Shown: piece after piece, positions 38,965-53,289 of the stretch
How the letters are laid out: each line of letters starts with the position of its first letter
Numbering within the stretch: the stretch's first letter is position 1
DNA from: Octopus vulgaris
Lineage: Eukaryota
Direction: 5' to 3'
DNA: 64,000 bases
Assembly: GCA_951406725.2 (NCBI GenBank)
Contig: OX597822.1
Span: 70,742,001 to 70,806,000 of the forward strand
The notes under the pieces: model-generated
Databases searched by the model: none
Told to the model about the DNA's origin: nothing
Seen by the model: the letters and a program-made list of their open reading frames with translations, nothing else
Position numbers and translations under genes: made by a program

Positions 38965-39767
38965 TTTTGATATTATTTTTTATGTTTGCCAATTATTTTG
39001 GCCTGTTGTGAAACAAGTATGGTAATGAGTTCTTGTTGCTGGCAATCACTTTATTTGTGTGATAACATAGCAAATACATCAAGATTTCTTGCAAAATTCA
39101 TCTTGTCCTCCCTATCACGGTTTTGTTTTTGTGTGTGTATGTATGCTTCCGCCTTCTCTGTTTCTATCAAACATTTTCAGATGACATTCTGTAAAGGAGT
39201 AAGCTGTTTTTTTTTTGTTTTTTTTTTGTCATTGTCTTCAGCACTATAACCACCACCACCACCACTGCCGCCATTGTTGTCATTGTCATCACCCCCCACC
39301 CCCCGCTCTACTGCTTCCATCACTGTCTTCATTGTCAGTTTTCATTTTTTTTTTTTATATATTTTTAATCATCATGGTGATTAGCAATAACATTATCACT
39401 CCTCCAATTACCATCTCTGTCGTTATCAATATCGTTAGCACCACCATGACGATCACTACTATTGGCAATTTAGTTGCCATCATCCAAGTCCATCATCAGT
39501 TACTATAAATACCGTTATTTTCATTGCTCCTATGGTGATGAGGATTATGATGATGATAATCATCATCATCATGCTTATTAACATCATCATGAAGGAGATG
39601 AACCGAGGAGTTATTTAAGCATTGGATTAGCTACCTTGTTGGCATTTGTTCCTGTTGTTTGTACTTTGAGATCAAATCTCATCTAAGTCATTTTGCTTTC
39701 CTTTTGCAAGGATTTGATAAAACACCAGTTTAGGGTTACGGATTGGCAGAATACGTCAGAGTTCTAA

Positions 39768-40199
39768 GGCGGCGAAACTGGCAGAAATGTTAGCACGCCA
39801 GGTGAAATGCTTAGCAGTATTTCGTATGCTGCTACGTTCTGAGTTCAAATTCCACTAAGGTCAACTTTGCCTTTCTTCCTTTCAGGGTCGATTAAATAAG
39901 TACCAGTTACACACTGGAGTCAATATAATCAACTTAATCTGTTTGTTTGTCCTTGTTTTTTCCCTCTGTGTGTAGCCTCTTGTGGACAGTAAAGAAATAA
40001 GAAGCAATAGCACGCCGGGTGAAATGCTTAGCGGTATTTCATATGCCGCTACGTTCTGAGTTCAAATTCTGCCGTGATCGACTTTGCCTTTCATCCTTTC
40101 GGGGTCAATAAATTAAGGACCAGTTACGCACTGAAGTCAATATAATCAACTTAATCTGTTTGTCTGTCCTTCTTTGTTCCCTCTGTGTGTAGGCAGTAA
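39768..40199 (+). mobile_element. Tandem dimer of SINE family B with 10-bp TSD
   Basis: TSD agagttctaa at 39758-39767 and 40200-40209; two family B units, the second 5'-truncated from ~40008. Confidence 0.85.
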
Positions 40200-41669
40200 A
40201 GAGTTCTAAATGGAATGCATTGCAGTAGCTATTCTGGTTCTGTGTTTTGTGTTAAGACTCCTGACTAGATCATGATAGCTATAGTGAATTAGCCCCTTCT
40301 GGTTGGGCTAAGGGGAGAAAAATATTCAAAAGAGAGAAGGCACCGAACTCAGTAACCCTGTGACTTGTTTGATATACATGTGAGGCTTCGTGTGAATGAT
40401 GATGTGGACGAAAAGACATTTAACGAAGTGACGTCAGATGAAAAGACATAACACCCTAAAAACAAGGCATTAATAAACCCTAGTAGGGAAATATTCTAGG
40501 GTTTTCTAGAATGTTCTTTCACATGATGTCTGGCTGCTGATTGGGCAATAATGTGACCTCTCATGTGAACAAGGTTTTGTTATGTCGAGACTTAAACTTC
40601 ATAATTCGAGGACTTGGTTTTGAGTCTTACTGCAACCCTTTGTAATCCAAATAATGCCCTAAGTTTAACTCTCTTATAAAACTACACTTTAAGAAAAAAA
40701 ATCCTCCTTAACTTTGATAAATGAATCCTCTCCTTGCACTTTGTAAATGGGACAAACGATGGGTTCAGTGACACCAAACTAGCAGCCCACAGATGCAAAG
40801 CTTCCACCATTACATATTTTCTTGGTCATTTCTATGTTTTTCTGTTAAGTATACACTTGTCTGCATCATTTGTTAGGATCAGGCACCGTCATTCATTTTC
40901 ACTTCACTGGTCCCATGACGATGGGTAAAGTACACAAATCTGTATGAAGAAAACACAGCCTCTCAACGCAAGTGATAGTTTGTGCATTCCGAATAGCTGA
41001 ACATTGTGGACGGTGGCTGGGGTGTGGCCTTACATTATAAGTAGATTCTTTGACTGATTGTTGACCTGTGTTATCAGAAATTAAATCCATGAGAAGCATA
41101 TGCTTCACAATTGAGTGTACCATGTTATATTGGATCAATGATAAACGAATTGGTGATAAACAAGGATAGTTGTACTGTTAGAGAATAAATGATATCAGTT
41201 GGGAATTTCTGAAGATATCTTTTTTCTTTTTTTTTTTTATTTCACTGCAAAGTATTTGGCAGCCATCTCTATTATGTGTGTAAATAAATTAAATACACGT
41301 TAACCCATTTTGTTTGTAATTTTTTGATAGATATAGACAAAAGCTCCAAACCAGCTCCCAGCTATTAGTAGAAATATTTTGGATCAATTACAAATCTTGG
41401 TTTTTTGTTTTCCATTTCATCAGTTTCCTTCTAATTGGCAACTCTAGTGAATTCTAAGTGATTTCCAAGATAACATCAGGCTGTGAAATTTTACTGTTAT
41501 TTAAACATCTGTCAAGTAGACTATAAGTTCAAGGATTGAAGATTTACATACCACTCCAAATTACTTCTGCATGTCTCTTGCATTAATCATTCTTGCTATC
41601 AATAAAACTGAATGATTCTACCAAAGATATATGGAAACCTATAATGATGCTATGGTGTATCTGAATATA

Positions 41670-41853
41670 CCGTAGTCATTAGTCTGGACATATAAGACAC
41701 ACTTCAGTTTCAACAGCACATATAAAGAAGAATATCAGGGACAAAATTAGCTTATGGGAGGGAGGAGGGGGTCAACTTCACTGATAGGACTTGGAGGGGA
41801 TTCTTTGAGATATTTTGGGGGGAAAAAAGTATGTTATATGCCATTAAATACAG
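41670..41853. mobile_element. Degenerate pogo-like MITE
   Basis: TA|CCGTA...catataagacac at left and ...gttatatgccattaaaTACAG|TA at right, imperfect TIRs. Confidence 0.45.
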
Positions 41854-42559
41854 TAATTTGGTTCTATGGTATTTCTTAATATATAACTCGTATATGGTAT
41901 TAAATGAGTGGTCAAGGAAAATAGTAGTGTGTTTTATTGAGTTTGAAGTGTATGAATAATGTAGGTATGGTAAATACATCTGTGCTAAACTTGAATTATT
42001 GTATGAAAGTGATCAGATGTGTAACAGATCGCATGATAATAGATCAGTGGTTAATACATTTCAGTCGCTTTCATCCTTTTACTTTAGAAACCAGATATAT
42101 CTACTCAAAATTTCATTACCCTTTACTGCAGAAAGCATTTTCATACGCCAATCTATCTTTTATTGAGGAATGACATGTCTGAAACTATTTTTTGATGAGA
42201 TGTGTCAAGTTTATGGAGGCAACATGACCTGCTGAAAATATCAATTCTATTTGTTGCTAGGTATTTTACATCATTACTGGAATAACCATGAAATTTAATT
42301 TTGCAGTTAATGGGTTAAGGTATAATTCTATCTCAGACTTTCACAGATCACTAAGCTGTTGCTTATCTTTGGTTTCTTTGGCATTGGATATTCGTTCTCC
42401 TGAACTGGGAAAATGTGTTTCGTTCCTGTCCAAACTCATTCCCCTAACTTCATTACATTTTAATTCCTACAGCCACATCCTTCTCAACCCTTTGGTTACT
42501 TCTTGCTGGAGGAATTAAAATCAGCCTGTTCTAATGACAATGAATTGTTGAGCTGTTAC

Positions 42560-42750
42560 TCAACCTGTTTGAAATAGCAGCTAATTCTTCCTTAAATCAC
42601 AATCACACCCTACAGTTTTATAAAAGGACACATTAGATTACATAGTTCTGGATATGCGACTAGAAAATAATAGGATGATCACTACTAAGATGTCTTTGCT
42701 CAGAACTCTGCTTAATCAGGGTTGCCCTGGGCTAAACACCAACAGCAACA
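42560..42750 (+). repeat. Old interspersed repeat fragment (also ~8890-9080 and ~16330-16575)
   Basis: Shares aatcacaccctac with ~8926; all three sites have a similar 3' end (gttgccctgggctaaacaccaac / gacttgggtctaaatagcaac / gacttggggtcataaatcaacaac). Confidence 0.45.
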
Positions 42751-43163
42751 ACTTTGGACTCAACCTTTGAGAATTAAGTGTCCTGGTCATTATACCATGT
42801 CAGTAAGGAGATATGAACTCCTGACCTTTTTGCCAAGCAAGCTGGCTGTTTAAACCGGAAGATTTAACAGGTTCTGTGATATATGCAAATTACTGTTGTA
42901 TGCATAATAATCACCATGATTTAAATATGTAAACAAGGTTTCCAATACACACAGACACATATACACACATGCACATACACGCACACATTTAGCTACCTAA
43001 GGAAAGCTTTCAACATGTGTACACACATGTGCATTATTATATACACTTACATTTAGATGTCTTCAGAAAGTTTCCAACATATATACTCACATGTGCAAAT
43101 GTATACATACAAACGCACATTTAAATACCTTCATGGAAAACGGATGTTAAATGATGATGGTGA

Positions 43164-43208
<45 letters not shown>

Positions 43209-43402
43209 CAAGTATGTATGTATGATGTTGATTATTGAACTTAAACAAGAATCTCAATGAAGATCAGGTCCCATCAAACATTTTGTATGATGTTTTCTTT
43301 CTATGAACAATGCGAAAGATATTCTCTGTAAAGCACAATGGTGAACACATTCACTATGAAACCCAAACTTTACTTAGTCACCTTGCCTGTTCATGACTGT
43401 TA

Positions 43403-43457
<55 letters not shown>

Positions 43458-43959
43458 GCATGCACACACACACACACACACACAATCATAAGATTGTACT
43501 TAAATGTAGTTAAGTAAAGTAAGTGGATTTCCATTCATTTTGATAATGACTATTCTGTTTGTTTGATCTACTCTGCTACAAAATCATTGGATTATAGGGT
43601 TGGTGGCTGAGTATTCCCCAGACATGCATGTCTTTAATCTAATGCTCAGACTGACTCAGTGTAATGCAGTGTATATGTGTGCGACAAAGCTCTACCTGTG
43701 AATTACAGGTACAGCCCATCCAAGAGGCTTCCACAGTTTCCTTCTAACCAATTTTCCAGGCAAAACTGGTGGTGGTGGAGTCAGCTTGAAGCTATTATTA
43801 AAGACATTTGCTCATGCCGGATTGAACTAGAGGCCTCGAGTTTATAAAGTGAACATTTTAACCACCTACCCATGCCTATGTCTACACACACACTCAAACA
43901 GGTGTGTATGTATGTGTAACTGAAACAAATAGCTTGTTTGTAAGAAAATACAGAATTAA

Positions 43960-44182
43960 CCCTTGAGAGTTCAGATTAATCTGTTAAATGTAATACTTAT
44001 TTTTCACTCAAATTGTTTCAAATTAATCATGCATTATCTTACAGCTTTGAAGTTTCAATAGTGCGATAGTTTATTCTTAGAATGTCAATGTAGGTTAGGT
44101 ATGAGAGGCTAGATATGGCCAGTTTGAATGTAAAACATGAAGGATATTTAGGCCGGATATGGCTGGCTTAAACACCAAAGGG
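43960..44182. mobile_element. piggyBac-type MITE (second copy, opposite orientation)
   Basis: TTAA|CCC...GGG|TTAA termini, 223 bp; internal sequence is the reverse complement of 13653-13872 (attaatcatgcattatctt, tagaatgtcaatgtagg). Confidence 0.8.
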
Positions 44183-44489
44183 TTAAATCTTCATACTCTT
44201 GTTCACTACAAGTGTTGAGTCATTTTGTGAAATTGTGGATTCCTTTCCCAATTTATATAAATATGCTGTATATGTACATATTGTCATTAAAATGCAATTT
44301 AATTTAGAAATACATGTTCAGATATGGTGTTTTTACACTTTTTACTATAAGAGAGAATTTTCGTCTACACAGTAATTGCAGTGTATTAACGTTTTGAAGT
44401 AAAAATGTGTCACAAACATATTTTAACTAACCTAAAGTTCATTTATTCCTGATCACTGCTTGGCACCAGAGCTTATATATATATATATA

Positions 44490-44732
<243 letters not shown>

Positions 44733-45182
44733 TCTTTTATTTCTTTCAGTCACTTGATTGTGGCCATGCTGGAGCACTGCCTTTAGTCGAGCAAATCGAC
44801 CCCAGGACTTATTTTTAGTAAGCCTAGTACTTATTCTATCGGTCTATGTTGCGGAACTGCTAAGTTGCGGGGATGCAAATACACCAGCATTGGTTGTCAA
44901 GCGATGTGGGTGGGTGGGGTGACAAACACAGACAATTAAACACACACACACATACATACATATATATATGTATGTATGTGTGTGTATGACAGGCTTCTTT
45001 TAGTTTCTGTCTACCAAATCTACTATAGCCTCGGGCTGAACAAAGCCTTGTGAGTGCACAAGGCTTTGTTTGAACTGAGGCTATAGTAGAAGACACTTGT
45101 CCAAGGTGTCATGCACTGGGACTGAACCCAGAACCATGTGGCTGGTAAGCATGCTACTTACCACACAGCCACTCCTGCGCCT
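44733..45182 (-). mobile_element. SINE family A, antisense, with internal inverted duplication
   Basis: Reverse complement of family A; hairpin at 45020-45089. Confidence 0.85.
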
Positions 45183-47699
45183 TTGTCCCCCACCCACCCA
45201 CACATATGTATGTATCAACCAAAGTGTACAGTATTAGATATCCATTATGGCCAATCTTACTTACTAGTTTTGCCCTGGGGATTCAGTGGGATGCTGCTAG
45301 TTAATAGCTTGAATATGTAACCCTGTGATCTTCCGAGCTGGTGGATATCTGTATGCATGTGTGAGTGTGTATGTTTGTATGTGTACACACACACACACAC
45401 AGTATGTAATGGGTTTGTGGACACCTATATATGCACTGTTTTCATTTTTAAAAAATGTCTCAAAAAATCCCATCCTAGGTCCTATTAGCAATGGTGGGCC
45501 TCGTACTGCTGAAACTGGGGCATGCCATATGCTCATGTACATTATATGCCATCAAATATGGTACATACCTTTACAGACACACATTCTGGTTTCAATTCCC
45601 ATCAGTACTGCTGGGATGACAACATAACTTACTATTCTGAGGATTAAAAGAAAAGAGAGTAACTATCATTTATTTCTGATGTACTGTTTTATTTAATTTT
45701 ATATTGGTTGAAATAATTCTTTTTTTTTTTTTTTTATCCTTTCTTGTTAACCTCCACTCCTTTAAAGACCTTGTACCAAATAAGAAATTATTTTTATCAT
45801 AGTAGCAGAGCCAGTAAAATAGCGAATTGGTTGAGTGCCAGACTGAAAAGTTCAAGCCTCATCATTCAGATCTCATATCTTCCCAATCATATATTTGTCT
45901 TTCGTTCGTTAGTGGATCGTTAAAATTAAGTACAAACAATACACTGAGGTTGGTTCAATCAACTACACAACTACATCCCCTTCCCAATAGAACCCCCCAC
46001 CTGCCGGTCTTATGTGTAATTAGTAGTGGCTGAGGCAGCGGCGGCAGGGGTAGGAAGAATGTAAATGAACTCCTAATTACTTGCTTGTCTTTTCCTAACA
46101 AAGATGGTACTATTATTAAGATGACATGAGATATCATTATTATATCCGCTCTCTTCTGAAAGGTATTTTCAGTAGATGTCTGATTAATAATAAAAGTTGT
46201 TGTCATTTCAAAGCCATCCACTTTGCTAAAAGAAAACAGTAAAACAAGACTAGGTAATTCAGGTGATTAAAGCCAAAACCGTTGACATTTTTCTACTGTA
46301 ACTAACTAGTTGAATACGCAGAAAGACTATAATAAGCAGTGCTCGGTCAACTGTTATCCGCAAGTCATATGTAGTTAACTTTGATTTACCAGTGCTCTGT
46401 GAACTAATGAATACTTACTTACCAATCAGCTGTGCTGTTTTCTCCATCCGAAACTCCCTGCTCATCAATAAATCAATCGGTCGATTATTTTTTTTTTTTA
46501 ATTTATTTTCCCTTCCATTGTTTATTTTTGAACATTTTGTCTTTGACTCATGAGCTAAAAACGAAAAGCTTCTCTCAGTTTATTTTCCTAATAGTAGTCA
46601 TGAGTTCAAAACCCATAAAGGGGAATTTTAGTTCAAGTTTCTTTTCTTTCTTTTCTTTATTTTCTCTCTTTTATTATTAAGAAAAGCACCACTTGGTTTT
46701 TGTATTTCTGACCCCATTGTGCAGCACCTTGGGCAAATGTCTTCTACTATAAACCTGGGCTGACCAATGCCTTCTTAGTGATTTTGGTAGACAGAAACTG
46801 TGTGTGTGTTTGTGTGTCTATACACACACACACACACACACATGCATATATATGTATAAGCGTTCCTGTCACAATCTGAACCTGATAAATGCTTAAATGC
46901 AAGAAAGTATACTAGTTCAATGAGAATAGACATTTAATATTTAATTTTCAATATTTCATTTGTTCAATAAGACAATCAATATTTCATTTCATTTCTTTCT
47001 TATTATATATTATATATCAATATTATAAGAATATAAATAAAACATAAAAAACAGAGTTGGAATTCTTTTGAATTATATATATATATATATATGCAAGACA
47101 TGCTTCTACACAGTTTCTGTCAACCAAATTCACTCACAAGAAGGAATTTGTTGGCCCAAGGAGCCACATAGTGGAATTGAACCTGAAACCACACAGCTGC
47201 AAATCTAGCTTCTTAACCACATGACCATGCCTGTTTGTGGGATTTCTTTAAAATATACGACCCCAGTATCATTCAAGTCTTTTTTGACTTTTAATAAAGG
47301 CACCAAAGCCTGAAGTATAAACCATCAATGTATTTGTGCTCTATTTTTTTTTTATCTATTAGACTGACCATTGTGCAGCACCTTAAGCAAGTGTCTTCTA
47401 TTATAGCTCTGGACTGACCAATACCTTGTGAATGAATTTGGTAGACAGAAACTGTGTGGAAATCTATCACGTGTGTGTGTGTCCGTGTGTGACCAGCTTG
47501 TGTTAGCATTGAAAAGTAGATATTAAAACTATGCTGATGATGATTGTAACCATTTTGATTTTCTCTCCTGGGTGAAGTCTTTCTAAGAATATATTGTGCT
47601 TTGTGCTAGTCTACTCAATAGTGGCAAGGACACCAGATAGTAAAATTTACTTGAAGCAACAATTCATTTCTAGAAATTCTAATTTATCAAAAATATTCC

Positions 47700-48010
47700 T
47701 TGTAACTGGCACTTGATCAGTTATGATGACAGGGGTTCCAATTGATCTGATCAATGGAACTGTCTGTTCATGAAATTAATAAGCAAGTAGCTGAGTACTC
47801 CACAGACATGCATGCCCTCAGGGAGATTCAGCATGGCATTTGATAAGATGGGCCTTTTGAAATACAGGTTCTCTGCATCTTTGCCAGCCGAGTGGACTGG
47901 AGCAATGTGAAATAAAGTGTTTTATTCAAGGACACAATGCACCACTGGGAATTGAACTCATGGTCTTATGATTGCGAGCCGAATATCCTAACCACTATGC
48001 CATGCACCTT
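47700..48010 (-). mobile_element. SINE family C-related copy, antisense
   Basis: gagtggactggagcaatgtgaaataaagtg...gggaattgaactc...taaccactatgccatgc. Confidence 0.7.
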
Positions 48011-48439
48011 CTCTAATATCCCTTCTATGCAGCTCCATTGTGCGACTTTTAGAGGCCCCCCTGCAACTTTTTGTTTCAAGGCCCCATCCCTTCAATCAAA
48101 ATTCATAATCTATACACTTTTTATTCATAGCTATATTTTATTTTATTCTAGCTGAATAAAGTTCAATATTTCATGTTATCCTGAGGAACATCATTAAAAG
48201 TACAAGTTAAATTTACTTAGGTCTATTACAAATAGTTTAATTCTTGTTCAACGTCTTAACCAAAGTAAATTGATGACTTGTCTATGTACTTTGATCTTAA
48301 CAGGGGCTTAGAGAAGGCCCTGCTTCTATGGTCACAAGAAATAATGGATGAAAGCTTAGAGAAAGAATGAAATATTTATAGCAGTTACAAACTGGGCCAT
48401 GTTGATATATGTGTATAGCCTCTTTTATTATTATTATTA

Positions 48440-48795
48440 TTATTAGCGAAGGTAGTGGTATTGTTTTCAGTATAGTGTTTGTTTGTCCATGGACAATATA
48501 AAATAAGAACTGCTGGATGGATTCAGATGAAATTTTCAGTAATGTTTTGCCTTGTAACTGGCATGAACTGATTAGATTTTGAGATTGACCTGGTACTGGA
48601 CAAGGATTCTGGATTATTTTTCTTGTGTTTTTACTTAATTTTTGAGAGCGGTTGGGTTCATTTTTAGTATTCTCGTTTGTGAGAGCAGTCAAGTTTATTT
48701 TAGATATTCCCATTTTAAAAATCATTTCTGGCTTATCGTTGAGAGGATGTTGGTGTTGCCTTGGTGGAGGTTTGCATTCTCTGAGTGCTCTTGTT
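48440..48795 (+). mobile_element. Helentron-associated (HINE/DINE-1-like) non-autonomous element
   Basis: tattgttttc...gtttgtttgtcc...tggatggattcagatgaaatttt...attagatttt, with 3' end gccttggtggaggtttgcattctctgagtgc. Homologous to 53290-53500. Confidence 0.55.
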
Positions 48796-49628
48796 ATTAT
48801 TATTATTTTTAATATAGAATTTAACTTTGATGTTGTGTTTCTATTTCCATTGTTTTACAATAGAGGACAAATACTGGGATGACTTTAGCCGAGTTATGAT
48901 TTGCTTTGGTTGTTCTTTAGATGAGCCGGTGCCAGCAATGAAGAGGCTGCTAAGGTTATTTTTCAGGAAAGGCAATGCAAATTGTAGATTCTGTCTGTGT
49001 TTACCTTTATACGCACACACAATGAGCATCCTTACAGTTTCCATCTACCAGTTTCATTTACAAAGCATTAAAATAGCCCAAGGCTGTTTGAAGTATTTAT
49101 GTATCAAATATTTGCAAGAATGATTGTATTATCTGATAGAATTTTAAACACACATACACACACACCCCTGTTGTGTGTGTGTGGCAGGGTACAAAGTGAG
49201 AGAGAGAGAGTGTGTGTGCGTGTGTGTCTGATCAGAGGTAGTCATCACCAGAACAGATTTGTATGGCGATTTGTTTCCTTAAGAGAACAATAGGATGTCT
49301 TCACATTGTCTGGAATCTCCTCAGCCAAAGGCTTTCAAATAAATAACTAGATTTACCAGCATTATGTGTTTCAGGTATTCTCATTTATGCTCTGTAAACG
49401 CAATATCCATACTCCCACCACACATACTTACTAATTTGTGCATGTGTAAATATCCATCCATACATACATACATACATATATACATATTTGTATATATGTA
49501 GTCTCCATGCTCTTTCCAGCTTCTCTTGGCTAACAGATAGGAACAACTAGATGAGGTTGTTTGGATGGTCGAAAGTCAGTGGTTGGATAGAAGAACATAT
49601 GTGAGAGAGAGCGAGAAATAAATTAGAT

Positions 49629-49667
<39 letters not shown>

Positions 49668-50054
49668 CGAAGGATTATGTTGTGCTTGCTATTAAATATT
49701 TACTTGCGTCTTTGATTACCTCTTATTAATGTCTATTGCCTCGTTTGGCTTGATGCTGCTGGACTGGATTAAAAGGAACCAGGAGAGTGCCAATGAATTA
49801 GTGGACATAATACAATTAATAGAAATTTAAGTAGAAAGACTAAATAAATAAGATTAATAATATATGGGTAAATGGGTAAGAATAACTTGTGTGTGTGTAT
49901 GGGGTGGTGGAGATGGTGTTGGTGGTAGGGATGATGCTTGCAGCAGGTTGTTGTGTTTGGATGGTATGGGTGAGATGAGGGAGGTGTTTGTAGAAGGGGT
50001 AGCAAGCAGTAGAAGTTTATAGTGTGTTTGGAGTGGTATTGGTGGTGGTGTTGA

Positions 50055-50405
50055 CAGCAGTGGCAATGGAGAGTGTTGTGATGGTTGGTTGTTTTGGTAG
50101 TTGCATTAGTTTATAGGATTTGGAGTGGTGGTGGTGCTAGTAGTAATAATGGTTGGAGATACCAGCAGTGGCAATGGTAGTTATTGTGATGGGGGTGGAG
50201 GTGGTGATGATGATGGTGGTAGTAAGAGTGGTAGTGAAGATGGTGGTGGTAATGTTGCCAGCAGTGGCAATGGTGAGTGTTATGATGGGTGGTTGTTGTG
50301 GTAGTAGCATTAGTTTATAGGATTTGGAGAGGTGGTGGTGGTGGTGCTGGTAATAGTAATGGTTTGAGATGCCAGTGGTGGTAATGGTAGTTGTTGTGAT
50401 AGGGG
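50055..50405. repeat. ~200-bp period duplication within GGT/GAT low-complexity DNA
   Basis: cagcagtggcaatgg...gcattagtttataggatttggag at ~50055 and ~50259. Confidence 0.75.
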
Positions 50406-50496
50406 CTGGTGGTGGGGGTGATGGCGATGGAGATGGTGATGATGGTGGTGGTGATAGAAGTGGCAATGATGGTGGCGACAGAGGTGGTAGCAGTTT

Positions 50497-50527
<31 letters not shown>

Positions 50528-51621
50528 AATATATATATATATATCAGCATTTGTATTGATGAACAACATAAAGTAAATATAGAATTATCTTTGAAAAACC
50601 ATCATCATCGTTATCATTATCATTATCATCACCAACCACAAATAGTGATGAAGTAGTGATGAAGACTAATTGTTGTAGCAGCTGTAAGTTTAAATCCATC
50701 AGAGCAAATTGGAGTTAAAGAATAATAGTGCAGCTGCTGTTTCTATTGCACCCCAGAGCAGAACCTCACGAGGTGTAATGTCTCCCTTGCATTGTGTTAA
50801 TGCTGTTTAAATTGCCTCCTCTCTGATCTTTTATTCTTTTGTTTTGTTTTTTGTTTCGTATATTTTATTTATTTATTGGTTGTTGCTTGCTTGTTCTGTT
50901 GTGTTCTGTATTGTTTTTGTTTTTAAAATAAAATTGATGGTTGGTGGCGGGGAGCGAGAGAGAGAGAGAAAGAAAGAACCTCCTCTCCATCCCCCATCTC
51001 ACCTCACCTTCTTACCGCTATTAACCACTGGCATCGGCACCATTTCTGCCGCCGCTGCTGCCGTCGCACCTGAGCCTACTATAAATGATAGGTGGCGGGG
51101 TGGGGAGCAGCCGTGGGAGGAGTTGATTGTATTATTGCCACATTATCAGTATTTGGGCGGCTGAGTTGAGAGAGAGAGAGAGAGAGAGAAAGAAAGAGAA
51201 AGAGAGAGAGTGTTTGTGAGGGTGGGTCGCAGGGGAGATGGAATTATATTGTCTCTTCTCAGCCTGTGTCAATCAGTCAGTCTGTTGGACTCTGCTGATT
51301 TCAGGTGGGAGAACTAGATAAATAACTACTCCCATCAATGCCTTCCTATCATCATCATCATCAGCATCATTATCATTAATTTTGTTGTTGTTGTTGTTGT
51401 GCCTTATAAGTGCACACCACCATCACTGCCGTTGCCATTGCCTTGCCACTTCATACTCTTGCATCACTGCCACCCCATCCAGTCCGGCATGTTTAGTCGC
51501 ATGACTGTATTGATGGTGATTTCAGCTTAATGACAGTATCTCTGATAAATGATGTCGGGGATAAATCTGGCAGACACTTATCTGTAACAACATGTGATTA
51601 GGATGAGAAAGGATGGAAAAG

Positions 51622-51658
<37 letters not shown>

Positions 51659-52236
51659 CGTGCACTTTTGCAATGGTGAACTCCTTGTTCCAGTTAATGT
51701 CAATCCTAACGCTTCTTCCTTCCTTAACCATTAACGTCAGACTTCTGTCGAAATTAATTGAAACCCACTCTATTAGTCTGAATTCCATATCCAAAGACGT
51801 TAGCTTTCCATGATCTATTACCAACTTTTTGAATAGCTACACTCATCGGTATCTTCTCTAGCTCATCGCAACCAACTGCATGGATACTGTTAGTAAATGG
51901 AATGAAAATAAAGCCAGCTCTCTCATAAGAGGATTGATAGCCTGTATCATTGTAATTCTCTCGACTCTAGAATACAACTTCTAATTGTTTAGTAATTATC
52001 ACACTTGTTCAGCTTCTGCACTTAGAGTGCTTATACATATACAATCATTCATACATATGTTTGTATATTTACAATCCTATCCTACACATGCATGCAGATA
52101 CACACATATTGTGCTGTCTTATGTAACATATCTGTAAATATAGTAACCAGCATTGATGCTGAAACAAATCTCTTCAACGTTTAGAAAACATAAAAATTTG
52201 AAAAGATTGCAGTTTAATATAACAAATTTTTGAACT

Positions 52237-52440
52237 TGTCATTTCATTTTTGGATTTTGTTTGCAAGATTCTTTATATGAGTTTGTGTGTTGAAGCATAT
52301 TCTGTTGTGTCTGGGGAGAGTCATTTTCTTTTTGTGCCTTATAATTTAACACACTCACCGGTAAAATTTCCACTTATTCCTTATTTTCACTTTCCTAAAA
52401 TTTTTGTTGCGTCTTGCAACCTTTTCAATAGTCTTGACTC
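52237..52440 (-). mobile_element. Short non-autonomous repeat with a hammerhead-like motif (same family as 59950-60159)
   Basis: About 130 bp shared with 59950-60159. Motif at 52395-52431 on the minus strand: CUA-UUGAAAA-G-GUUGC-aagac-GCAAC-AAA-AAUU-U-UAG. Confidence 0.6.
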
Positions 52441-53289
52441 TGTCCGTTATTTACACTGCATTCCCTTTTGTTTGTTTGTGCGCATATGTGTGGGTCAGTG
52501 TGTGTGTGTACCTGTGCATTTATGTATGTGTTATATCACAATACTACACTGTGGCTGTGTCAATTACGCAATCATTGTCGCCACTGTTATATCGCAATAC
52601 TACATAGTGGCTGTGTGAGCTATCTCATCCTCGTTGCCACTGTTATGTCGCACGTTTGGATGCCTTCTACTCAATTCTTCTCTGCACGACTGTGCTCTCG
52701 ATGTCTAGACTTCTCCCTCTATATCTACATATTGGGCTAGCCTACATCGTCATCTGGGGGTGTCCACACAACAGTATGTATGCATGTATATATGTGTGTG
52801 TGTGTGCATATGTATATATGTATGTATGTATTCTGCATATTCATGTGCTTGCATGTCCATGTTTGTGTATTTTTTATGTATGTGTGTGTGTGCATGTGTT
52901 TGTATATGTATGCACCTCTGTCTCCTTGTGTGTGCATGTCTGTTTTGCAACTATGTACCATGTTTGTATGGATGTGCATCTCTATATGTGTGGACCTGTG
53001 TCTCCATATGTGTCCTTGTGTAGAGTAAAGTGTGTGTGTATATGGTCATGTGTTTCAGTCTCCATTTGCATATGTGTGCTTGTCTGTTCATATAACCTAT
53101 GTACCTATCCATCTGTATGTTGATCTGGGTTGATTGCTGCACAAATATAATAATAATAATCCTTTCTACTATAGGCACAAGGCCTAAAATTTGAGGAAAG
53201 AGGACAAGTCGATTACATCGACCCCAGTGCACAACTGGTACTTATTTCATCAACCTTGGCAGAATTTGAACTCAGAACAAAAGCAGACG

